From positions 11,663,166 to 11,727,165 of the forward strand of contig CM082578.2 in assembly GCA_040954595.2 (NCBI GenBank): a stretch of 64,000 bases of DNA, in the 5' to 3' direction. Positions 14,878-25,729 of the stretch are shown in pieces. The notes under the pieces were generated by a model, which was not told where the DNA came from, ran no database searches, and worked only from the letters and a program-made list of their open reading frames with translations. Made by a program: the position numbers and the translations under genes. Each line of letters opens with the position of its first letter. Positions within the stretch are counted from its first letter, which is position 1. The DNA comes from Balanoglossus misakiensis (lineage: Eukaryota > Animalia > Hemichordata).

Positions 14878-15224
14878 TCATGGGTTATAGCTCATGAAAA
14901 TCGTCGAAATCGACAAATTCTTGACTTTGGGAAATTTCGTGATTTTGTCATTTCTGGGCGTTTTTCATGGGTTATAGCTCATGAAAATCGTCAAAATCGA
15001 CAAATTATGGACTTTGAGAAATTTCGTGATTTTGTCATTTCTGGACGTTTTTCATGTGTTATAGCTCATGAAAATCGTCGAAATTGAAACATTCTTGACT
15101 TCGAGAAATTTCGTGATTTGTCATTTCTGGACGTTTTTCATGGGTTATAGCTCATGAAAATCGTCAAAATCGACAAATTCTGGACTTTGAGAAATTTCAT
15201 GATTTTGTCATTTCTGGACGTTTT
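14878..15224 (+). repeat. Block of 4 divergent 'type B' satellite monomers (copy 1)
   Basis: Same 20-bp core, different inter-core segment (AAATCGTCRAAATCGACAAATT...TTTTGTCATTTCTGGRCGTTTT). Units start at 14878, 14965, 15052 and 15138. Confidence 0.95.
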
Positions 15225-16535
15225 TCATGGGTTATAGCTCATGAAAATCATCATGAAAATGACAATTTTACGACTTTGCGAGATTTCAAAATTTCGTCGA
15301 TTTTTTAAAAAATCATGGGTTATAGCTCATGAAAATCATCAGAAAATTACAATTTTACGACTTTGCGAAATTTCAAAATTTCGTCGATTTTTGAAAAAAT
15401 CATGGGTTATAGCTCATGAAAATCATCAGAAAATGACAATTTTTCGACTTTGCGAAATTTCATAATTTCATCGATTTTTGAAAAAAATCATGGGTTATAG
15501 CACATGAAAATCATCAGAAAATGACAATTTTTCGACTTTGCGAAATTTCAAAATTTCGTCGATTTTTGAAAAAATCGTGGGTTATAGCTCATGAAAATCA
15601 TCAGAAAATGACAATTTTTCGACTTTGCGAAATTTCAAAATTTCGTCTATTTTTGAAAAAAATCGTGGGTTATAGCTCATGAAAATCATCAGAAAATGAC
15701 AATTTTTCGACTTTGCGAAATTTCAAAATTTCGTCGATTTTTGAAAAAATCATGGGTTATAGCTCATGAAAATCATCAGAAAATCACAATTTTACGACTC
15801 TGCGTTATTTCAAAATTTCGTCGATTTTTGGAAAAAATCATGGGTTATAGCTCATGAAAATCATCAGAAAATGACAATTTTACGACTTTGCGAGATTTCA
15901 AAATTTCGTCGATTTTTGAAAAAATCATGGGTTATAGCTCATGAAAATCATCAGAAAATGACAATTTTACGACTTTGCGAAATTTCAAAATTTCGTCGAC
16001 CTTTGAAAAAATCATGGGTTATAGCTCATGAAAATCATCAGAAAATGACAATTTTTCGACTTTGCGAAATTTCATAATTTCATCGATTTTTGAAAAAAAT
16101 CATGGGTTATAGCACATGAAAATCATCAGAAAATGACAATTTTACGACTTTGCGGAATTTCAAAATTTCGTCGATTTTTGAAAAAATCATGGGTTATAGC
16201 TCATGAAAATCATCACAAAATGACAATTTTACGACTTTGCGAAATTTCAAAATTTCGTCGATTTTTGAAAAAATCATGGGTTATAGCTCATGACAATCAT
16301 CAGAAAATGACAATTTTTCGACTTTGCGAAATTTCAAAATTTCGTCGATTTTTGAAAAAAATCATGGGTTATAGCTCATGAAAATCATCAGAAAATGACA
16401 ATTTTTCGACTTTGCGAAATTTCAAAATTTCGTCGATTTTTGAAAAAATCATGGGTTATAGCTCATGAAAATCATCAGAAAATGACAATTTTTCGACTTT
16501 GGGAAATTTCAAAATTTCGTTGATTTTTGAAAAAA

Positions 16536-16882
16536 TCATGGGTTATAGCTCATGAAAATCGTCGAAATCGACAAATTCTTGACTTTGGGAAATTTCGTGA
16601 TTTTGTCATTTCTGGGCGTTTTTCATGGGTTATAGCTCATGAAAATCGTCAAAATCGACAAATTATGGACTTTGAGAAATTTCGTGATTTTGTCATTTCT
16701 GGACGTTTTTCATGTGTTATAGCTCATGAAAATCGTCGAAATTGAAACATTCTTGACTTCGAGAAATTTCGTGATTTGTCATTTCTGGACGTTTTTCATG
16801 GGTTATAGCTCATGAAAATCGTCAAAATCGACAAATTCTGGACTTTGAGAAATTTCATGATTTTGTCATTTCTGGACGTTTT
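16536..16882 (+). repeat. Block of 4 type B monomers (copy 2)
   Basis: Near-identical to 14878-15224, including the TCATGTGTT core variant; offset 1658 bp. Confidence 0.95.
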
Positions 16883-17581
16883 TCATGGGTTATAGCTCAT
16901 GAAAATCATCATGAAAATGACAATTTTACGACTTTGCGAGATTTCAAAATTTCGTCGATTTTTTAAAAAATCATGGGTTATAGCTCATGAAAATCATCAG
17001 AAAATTACAATTTTACGACTTTGCGAAATTTCAAAATTTCGTCGATTTTTGAAAAAATCATGGGTTATAGCTCATGAAAATCATCAGAAAATGACAATTT
17101 TTCGACTTTGCGAAATTTCATAATTTCATCGATTTTTGAAAAAAATCATGGGTTATAGCACATGAAAATCATCAGAAAATGACAATTTTACGACTTTGCG
17201 AAATTTCAAAATTTCGTCGATTTTTGAAAAAATCATGGGTTATAGCTCATGAAAATCATCACAAAATGACAATTTTACGACTTTGCGAAATTTCAAAATT
17301 TCGTCGATTTTTGAAAAAATCATGGGTTATAGCTCATGACAATCATCAGAAAATGACAATTTTTCGACTTTGCGAAATTTCAAAATTTCGTCGATTTTTG
17401 AAAAAAATCATGGGTTATAGCTCATGAAAATCATCTGAAAATGACAATTTTTCGACTTTGCGAAATTTCAAAATTTCGTCGATTTTTGAAAAAATCATGG
17501 GTTATAGCTCATGAAAATCATCAGAAAATGACAATTTTTCGACTTTGGGAAATTTCAAAATTTCGTTGATTTTTGAAAAAA

Positions 17582-18021
17582 TCATGGGTTATAGCTCATG
17601 AAAATCGTCGAAATCGACAAATTCTTGACTTTGGGAAATTTCGTGATTTTGTCATTTCTGGGCGTTTTTCATGGGTTATAGCTCATGAAAATCGTCAAAA
17701 TCGACAAATTATGGACTTTGAGAAATTTCGTGATTTTGTCATTTCTGGACGTTTTTCATGGGTTATAGCTCATGAAAATCGTCGAAATTGAAACATTCTT
17801 GACTTCGAGAAATTTCGTGATTTGTCATTTCTGGACGTTTTTCATGGGTTATAGCTCATGAAAATCGTCAAAATCGACAAATTCTGGACTTTGAGAAATT
17901 TCATGATTTTGTCATTTCTGGACGTTTTTCATGGGTTATAGCTCATGAAAATCGTCAAAATCGACAATTTCTTGACTTGGAGAAATTTCGTGATTTTGTC
18001 ATTTCTGGACGTTTTTCATGG
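17582..18021 (+). repeat. Block of 5 type B monomers forming the array terminus
   Basis: Offset 1046 bp from copy 2, plus one extra unit (17929-18015) and a truncated core TCATGG at the junction with unique DNA. Confidence 0.95.
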
Positions 18022-18377
18022 TTTGACGACGGGTTAGTCGTCTTGAGCCGGTGCGTCCTTGTTAACCTAAGAGATATGTCCTTTACCTTAATATGATGCT
18101 CCACAAATAATTTACGATCTAAGCGTCGTTGTTTTGCCATTGAGATCAAACAGCTCCAGGACGTTTCGGGGATAACCCGGGGAAGAAAGGATTAAGGGTC
18201 ATTGGGGATTAGGTAATCACAATGTTGAGTCAATATTGAAAGCTGTTTTACACGACCCTTTTGCATGTTGTTTTCAGTGCTTGTGGTATTCACGTAGTAA
18301 TATAATATTGCCACGACTAAAATGCAACTGATTTTAGAGTTTTGTTTTGTCATACACAGAAATCATATAGCACGTAA

Positions 18378-18462
18378 ACTCCGTGGACACCTGACTCGAC
18401 AGTTAAGTCACATGACGCGAACTCCAGTCAAACTATAAACTTCAGCTGTCGAGTCGCGGAGT
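18378..18462. repeat. Short inverted repeat (MITE-like relic)
   Basis: GACTCGACAG (18393-18402) pairs with CTGTCGAGTC (18446-18455); outer ACTCCG pairs with CGGAGT. Confidence 0.5.
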
Positions 18463-20192
18463 ACTTTGCACCTGCAAGTATCTCTGTCAATCGCAGACCA
18501 TGGGGTGTCGGAGTAGAGTTGCTGTGCCACTCTGAATCTGCTGTACCCCGGGGGAAGTACCACAGAAAAAAATGGACGAGGATTTCAAAGTGGCTTAAAC
18601 GCGGAGCAAAGAGCAAAACGCAAAACTTTCCGCCGACGTACTTGTTCCACATTCTCTACCTATCGCTTCCCATAAACGCCCCGTAACTTTTTACAGGCCT
18701 ATAACATTTGATGTCACTTTCCCAAGTCCTAATACATCCATTATCACCTCCGCCATCGAAATTCCTCATACGTAACTGCTCATATATGCCTGTGATCGTT
18801 GTATAACCGTGAAGAATACTGACAGAGTGTCGATGCAAGTCACCGTGTTTTATGATAAATAACCTCTTGTGCTTTTTAGCACCTTCGATAGAGACACGAG
18901 TATATTATAGTTAGTGGCGCTGGTAAGTGTGTCCTGTAATGCAAAGTGCCTAATGTGGAGTGTGCGAGATCGCGCTTCATTTCATTCCAACACTTGACTC
19001 GTTTTTTTCGAAGTTGTTATCAGCAGCTCGTTTGACTTTAAGGTTTTATTTCCTCCGTTGATTGATTTCTAGCTCAGCGTGTGTGCTGATTTCCAGTTTC
19101 GGCAATCCGCTGACAAAATAAGTTCCGATTATTTAGGGCGAAAAAATCTAGCAGGCTTGTAGCAATACAAAGAATAATCTATACTATAAAGGCTAGGTTG
19201 TTTTTAGTGGTGAAGAAGGTCTTGTTTTCCCTCTTTCAAAAAAATGGCATCCCGCGCAACACGGGAACAACAATAATGCCCAAAGCGAATAGACTTGCCA
19301 AATAGACTGCAAATTTCCCTAACTGACAATATACTTGCTGGAAACATCCGGCCAAAACCGGCATTTAGCGGGTGAAAACACCAGATCCTCAGACTAATTT
19401 CATGTATTTTCTAAGCTTACGTAGGCTGAATTCACGCGGCCTCTTCTGGATTTAGATGATTGACACCCATTTTAATAACACCCCCATAGCCATATTGATG
19501 ATCTCGCAAGCTTGAACGACCCTAGAATTGCTAATAATGGATCTCACAATGACGTAAACATCAAATCGACAGCATAACCTGTTGACTCCTGCGTTTTCCA
19601 TGATAAGCTTCTTCCTCTTGGACAGAATACATTGTATTATGAGAAATGTGGGATTTCAATTTTGAAATCAGAAACTTCCCATCCTTGCCCAGTAGTAATA
19701 TTCCATCAACTCCAGATCATGCTTTATTAATTTCACAACCCTCGAGATTCTGAAGATCTTTTGATTCCGGCGTATGAAGACTCTCAGGTGGGAAGCAGCT
19801 GATTAAGCATTAAAGCTTAAAGCTGGTGAGACAGGGATTCCCAGAAGACAGATTAGTAGTCGTGGGTGTTTTTAGAAACGGGTTGAGAAAAATTTTATAT
19901 CGGAAAACAAGACTCCTGAATACGTCAAACTCAAATGCAAGTGCATCGAATGTATAAACTACATGTACACACTAATCTAAGCTTGTATGTAGGACTCCGA
20001 AATTAAAATACATTGTAGGTAAAATTAAAAGTTAATGATGCATAAGACACGCGCGTCTAGGCAATGTTGTATTTCATGGTTTAATTACAAAGCACAAGTG
20101 GTAATTTGATTCAAAATTGCAATTGAAATGCACACAATGAATTCTCACAATTTCATTTCAGCTGCGGTTTGGTCTCGTATGTACTGTTACGC

Positions 20193-20257
20193 CCCATCCT
20201 TCGGACGTTCACCTCGTCGGGGCTTCTGTGGTGAATCAGCCACGTCCGAAGGCTGGG
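20193..20257. repeat. 65-bp GC-rich stem-loop / inverted repeat
   Basis: CCCATCCTTCGGACGT vs reverse complement of ACGTCCGAAGGCTGGG matches 15/16; inner TCACC/GGTGA stem. Confidence 0.6.
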
Positions 20258-20386
20258 AGTGTTAAATCGCTCCATCTCCATGCACCCAACATTCGCAGAC
20301 TGAGAGAGGTACCCGGCAGATCGTAACCTTTCTATTGTCAGGTTGTCCGATCTTATTTGAAGGTGACACGATAAAAAGTAAGATGC

Positions 20387-20434
20387 TTGGTTGGTTGGTT
20401 GGTTGGTTGGTTATCAATCGGTCGGTCGGTCGGT
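20387..20434. repeat. Compound microsatellite (GGTT)n/(GGTC)n
   Basis: Direct reading: ttggttggttggtt... followed by tcggtcggtcggtc. Confidence 0.9.
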
Positions 20435-20941
20435 CTGTTAGTTCAGTTTAGCTAATTAAAGTGACCTTGGATAACAACCGTTTTGACGAGTGGTGACACT
20501 CGATAATAAGTTATTCATATGCTATCAATATTAATGGAATTAGGTATTAAGCGCCTCATTTCTGGTCTGCATTGAATATTGTGACGTTAGTGCCATACAT
20601 ATTTAAAACGAAATGTAATACTTGTAATCTACACACTACTTCGCAGTATGATTAATTCATTATTTGCCTGTGCTCTTACAAATATAGATAATCTCGCGTA
20701 AATGACATCATTATGAGTTGCATTATGTCAATGTTTAGGGAAAGTTGCAGGTGACGACCGAATAGTCCGATATTAAGCTAATAACTTACAGCTAGTCGAG
20801 TCAAAGCGTGCCCCGCGAACAGACAGCAGTATCCACAAGGATGACGTTGACGTGCTGTACAAAATGAAACATTCAATAAAGTTGGTGTGTTATATGAAAT
20901 GAAACATTCTCTATCAATTTCTAGTTGAAAGCAGCGGCCGT

Positions 20942-21976
20942 TCACTCCGCCCAAGCACTGCGCACCGCCGTTCCTTCACGACTGATATTCAAGTTTTCCG
21001 CACGCAACTGCTCGCTGTTGAAACACAGCGATTTTTTTACCAAGACCAACGCAGCGACTCTAAACGACCGGTTCATTGCACTGTAGATGATGAAGTTCCA
21101 AAAACTGTTGGAGATCAGCAGGGAGGATATCACAAATTCTATCCAGTCGGGCAGGTCGCCCCCGCTTCCTATGAAGTAGAAAATTTCAGCTCCGTACGGT
21201 ATCCACGCTATGAAGAAGGCCGCGGTTATGGCGAGGCACACTTTGGCCGCCTTCATGTTCTTGTAGGACAGGCTGAAGGGTTTATTGTTTTGTTTGCCAG
21301 CAGTCTGTTCGTTGGCACTTGCGCCGCACTGTCTGATTCGCCTCACCTGATTCCTGGAGATCGCAATGATCCTGGTGTACACGAAGATGATCACCGCGAA
21401 CGGGATCAGCAGGAAGAGCACAGAGCCGACGATGGACGCGCTGAGGTACTCCATGTAGCCGTAGTGCGGAATGCACTGAAAGGTGGCCGGGCCGTAGCCG
21501 TAGAAGTCCCTGCCGAGGATGAATCCGATGCTCAGGGCGTACAGCATCAGGGCGACCCACTGCACCACGGCCACCGCCACGACCCGCGTCTTCGTCACCA
21601 TGCTGGCGTAGTGCAGGGGCCACTGAATGGCGACGTACCGGTCCATGGCGATGAACATCAGCGAGACAGTCGACGCCGTGGAGCAGACGTGGGCCAGAAC
21701 GCCGAGGGCGAAGCACGTGGGGAACACCAAGTCGATCAGGGGTTTCCGGGTCACACACCCGACCAGAGTGGTGAAGAACAGCAGCCCCACTCCTAGGTCG
21801 GCCGTCGCCAAGGATATCATGAAGAAGCGACTTCCAACCGGTAAAATCTTATTCCTCCTCAGAACAGCGATGTTCAACATGTTGCCGATCACGATCAGAG
21901 GCGAAATTATACAAATGATCGCCGCCTCGGTGACGATAACGGCCAGACCAGCGTCGTCCCCCGTTGTACTGTTCAT
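20942..21976 (-). CDS. Intronless class A (rhodopsin-like) orphan GPCR, 344 aa
   Basis: Seven hydrophobic segments; GN in TM1, LATAD in TM2, C3.25 and DRY in TM3 (AMDRYVAI), ECL2 Cys (FQCIP), FFIAWIPY in TM6, NSFWNFIIY in TM7, N-terminal NST sequon. Confidence 0.95.
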   Translation of the reverse strand: MNSTTGDDAGLAVIVTEAAIICIISPLIVIGNMLNIAVLRRNKILPVGSRFFMISLATADLGVGLLFFTTLVGCVTRKPLIDLVFPTCFALGVLAHVCSTASTVSLMFIAMDRYVAIQWPLHYASMVTKTRVVAVAVVQWVALMLYALSIGFILGRDFYGYGPATFQCIPHYGYMEYLSASIVGSVLFLLIPFAVIIFVYTRIIAISRNQVRRIRQCGASANEQTAGKQNNKPFSLSYKNMKAAKVCLAITAAFFIAWIPYGAEIFYFIGSGGDLPDWIEFVISSLLISNSFWNFIIYSAMNRSFRVAALVLVKKSLCFNSEQLRAENLNISREGTAVRSAWAE

Positions 21977-23968
21977 GTCTTCAGAGTAACCGTTGCACTA
22001 GTTCTTTAGCCGATGGTTGTACATGTACTACTTTTAGTTTGAAAATTGGGAGACATCCGGTTCATCGGACGCGGATCGTAAACTGTGCACCGACATGCGC
22101 ATACATATTATTATAATGGTAATGAATATTATCAAAAGTATTGGCATAATTAGTACCATGTCACACACCTACATCGTGAGAAACTTAGCAAATCATGCGG
22201 GCGAGTTCACACCTTGGAAAATTAATGTAGTTACATCCATGCAGAAGCCCGCATTCCAAGTTTCATTTGTCCCTTTGTCGGAATTGTAACTGTGAAGTAG
22301 AGTCTTTGTATAATTCTTCAGCCTGGGCTATCATTATTGTAAACGTTAAAGCATAGACAGTCTATGGTTCTACCCACAATTGGGAGACATGACACATGCA
22401 TTAAATTATAAAATTTATTCGACCGTTTGAGCTTTCTCCTTTATTGTTATGGTGTGGGGATACAGGGCATCAATAATGTATATAAGGGACCAAATGCGAC
22501 TTTTAAGAACTTTTGTACCTGGCTTTCAACAGACTTGATTGATTGATTTATTGACCAATCTAGCTGTACGTCCATAATATTTATTTACTTATATCTTTAT
22601 TCATTGGTTAGAGTTTGGCTGCCGGATCCAATCGCTTGTTGTTCAACCTTCACACAAACAACATTTATGATTAGATAGATTTGAAAAGCCCATCGAATCA
22701 GCAGTTGATTGGATATTTTGTATTGCGACTTGCAACAATACATGAATTTCCGCTCTCATTGCGCGATCACGCGAGACTTGGTTAATCACCGTAGTAACGG
22801 GTTGATAGCCAAGCAAAGCTTTGTATTATATTAAACTGGAATACGTGTAGAGTGCAACAAAGTGACTATTGTACATTTTAAGCTGATGGGCCGTATGATG
22901 TTTGTCCTGCGTCACATGAGACTGTCCTCCCAAATATACTGCCTAGCCATGCGAGATCTCGCACGCTCTCGCGGAATTCGGAAAATGGCATATTGCACCA
23001 AAATGAAGCGGTACACAGAGAATGACAAGTGTCACTGTTACACGAATTCAAGTCGAGCATCTCATTTAGTTTCGGATTAAACGCATGTGTAACATTCGAC
23101 ACGGCGTCTTAATTATGTACTTGAGTGCGGTCATGTCTTTGTATATAAAGATGTTCATTAAAAATCGCGAAACTAATCAGGGATTTTATTTAATTATTCA
23201 AAAGATCCCTTTAAAAGATATTGTATGCAAGTTATAAAAAGGTGACAGAATGGTGATGGGGAAAGTAATGAGACGCGTTTTGAATGATGAAAGCTTTTCG
23301 TACATGACTTTTCATATTTAAGTGTTATGTTAATTTCATCCAAACCGTCTCAAATGGAAAAAGGTCATATTACAACAATGGGTATTTCCAAACCCGAGTA
23401 TCAACTGAATGCTTGTATTAATTATTGATCGGAGAATAATCCCTTGGTAGTCAATCCCTTTTATACAATGCATGGCAAGCAAAACATTACAGGTACATGG
23501 AAGACAGGCATCCTAAAATTATCATATACTGTGAATATTCCTGGATAGTCACATGTGCATTAAAAGCAACAAAACGGGGCTAAATATTGAAAGCGGAGTC
23601 TTGTAATTAATCATTCATGGCACACGCACACGGAGGGGGAAATGTATGAATACTTCTTTTTGATGTGTTTGAACATTTCCGACAGAACGCCACAGAGCAG
23701 AGCGGGTCCTTTGTCAGTAAAGAGTGCAATGGGCTATTAATGGGAGCTCCTGGTCTTAACCAATGATGGCATGGAGGAAAACATTGCACCCTGAAAAATC
23801 GCCACAAGAGAAACTATAGCAACATCTTAAGACGCGTCCAGATATTCTCTTTGCTAGAAATATGACAGAATCTGCCTGAAACATTAATTAAATATTACTA
23901 GAAAAGTATTAAGAGAGAATCTACTTATCATATTCACGAGCATTTGCATACCCTGTCTTTGTGTCGAG

Positions 23969-23970
<2 letters not shown>

Positions 23971-24018
<48 letters not shown>
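23971..24018. repeat. (GACA)12 microsatellite
   Basis: Direct reading. Confidence 0.95.
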
Positions 24019-25637
24019 TAGATCAAGTGTCTTCAGCAATAGCGCATCGTTTAAGTGCTAAACGTTACGTTTCTTATTCTTTCATTGAACATGACCATGC
24101 TCATGTACGTTTGCAAATGTAACGTGCAATATATGAAAAGAACATTTTAATATTCTATATTGGAAGTATGATGAGAGTGTTAGAAATAATATGCCTCTCG
24201 CTGCGTGATGTGTTCGCAATGTAATATTTTTAATTAAGTACAATACGCGGTGATTGATTTTGTCACGATTGTGAGTAGAAGATTACGCCAATATATTAAA
24301 ATTATATAAATATTCATTACTCGGGCCGAACTGAAGTCGTGACCACTAGCGTTATTTTCATTAGAGACGCGGCGAATTCGGCGCTCGTCAAAGTAGAATA
24401 ACTGAGATATATTAGTGTCACTGACGGACATATGGCAATTGAGTAATAATAATGCTATACACTGTTTCTTGCAATAAATATCGCCTCCCACAGATGCTTC
24501 GTTTATAGCCGATAAACCTTGTGCGAAAATGATTTTCGTGGAAAGAGACTGTTATTTCGCAGGGCGACGTCCCGAAGGATAGGCAGGAATACAAGACTAA
24601 TTGATTCATGAAAAATTCAGAAAGCTGAGATACGTGTGTATATATTGCAGTAAATTTGTCAGACTGTAGTCGTGAATGCTCAGTATGACTCATCACCGAT
24701 TCGGAAATATAGATGTCTTTTCTGTTATTTTTGCCGCAATGTAATATGTTGTAACCTAAATCGAATCAGATATGATCATTTTGTTTTCTTGGAGTAGGCC
24801 CCTAGATATAATCAAAATACCCAATCATCATACGTTTTGACCCCCTAAAACTACGCGCTGGTTTTACCTGTGTTAATTGTGGTCACATGTTCCGAGGGTT
24901 TTGCTTGACAAGGTGGGAAATAGGCTGTTTCATAGTGAGCACGGGTTAGTACGCGATAAGAATTACTCTTTCAAATAGTAAATCTATACTACTGTCACTA
25001 AAGATTTATTATCCAAACGCCTGCAAGTCCTATTTTACGGCCTAAGGTATAGAGCATTTGTGACTTCAACAAGGGTAAAATGATATTGTGCATTTAAAAT
25101 AGTTGACTAGGACTAAAGCAAAAAATATCTACTTTAAATTACTTGCATGTAGAACACCAAATTGACAATTTACACTTTCGGTGAGTCTTGTAGTTTTGTC
25201 GCTGTTTTATCGCCCTCTCGTGTCCGGTTATTTTTCCGAAATCGATCGTTTCGACTATAGCCATGGGAATAGCAGAATCCCAAACCCCCAAGGACCTGGA
25301 ATCAGATTTCTCTCAAGAGTTTTGGGATATGCCCCGTCCTTGATGTGGGAGAATCTTGTATCTGCCAGGGCCACAAAAAGTGCAGTTAAATCCATTAAAT
25401 ATTGAATTTACGACTACGTGACTTTCCTCGGGCACATTTAGCTTCCATCGCAGTTCCTGCCCATGTGCTACACATCGCGCCATTGAATGACATTTTGTGA
25501 CAGTGAAGTCAAAGGCAGTTTATTGGCCAATCAGCGCTCGTGTCATATGACGCTTTTGAGTGTGCGAGAGTGTCGGATCGATTTCATCTCACACTGCTGA
25601 TTACTGAAGACCGTTAACGCCATTTTGTAAAGCAAAA

Positions 25638-25729
25638 AATAAAAAAAATATCTCGTTATCTCGAGATACTAATTGTGACGTCGACTAGATACTAGGTACT
25701 AAGTCGAGACAACGAGATATGTTTTTATT
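25638..25729. mobile_element. Short inverted-repeat element (MITE-like remnant)
   Basis: Left arm AATAAAAAAAATATCTCGTTATCTCGA matches the reverse complement of right arm TCGAGACAACGAGATATGTTTTTATT (~26 bp, few mismatches). Confidence 0.55.

Larger units (their letters stand above)
1..18021 (+). repeat. 87-bp tandem satellite array (~207 monomers, open at window start)
   Basis: Consensus monomer TCATGGGTTATAGCTCATGAAAATCATCAGAAAATGACAATTTTTCGACTTTGCGAAATTTCAAAATTTCGTCGATTTTTGAAAAAA (87 bp) repeats head-to-tail with few substitutions. The array ends at ...GACGTTTTTCATGG (18021). The 29-aa periodic ORFs in the track are translations of it. Confidence 0.99.

Noticed and set aside
34-17791. Repeat ORFs as real protein-coding genes
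   Set aside because: They arise from an 87-bp stop-free frame; frameshifted and stop-containing monomers are amplified along with intact ones.
1-18021. CRISPR array (palindromic repeat plus spacer)
   Set aside because: Inter-core segments are near-identical rather than unique, there are no cas genes, and the context is eukaryotic with spliceosomal introns.
1-18036. Telomeric repeat tract (GGGTTA in each monomer)
   Set aside because: Only a single hexamer per 87 bp, no (TTAGGG)n run, and the orientation is opposite to that expected for a chromosome end at the left.
21282-21989. Overlapping/antisense ORFs on the GPCR
   Set aside because: By-products of high GC3 in the real CDS; no recognisable motifs.
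22044-22390. 13-bp direct repeat AATTGGGAGACAT (22044 and 22378) as a target-site duplication
   Set aside because: No terminal repeats or poly(A) in the enclosed 320 bp; it could be chance or a duplicated motif.
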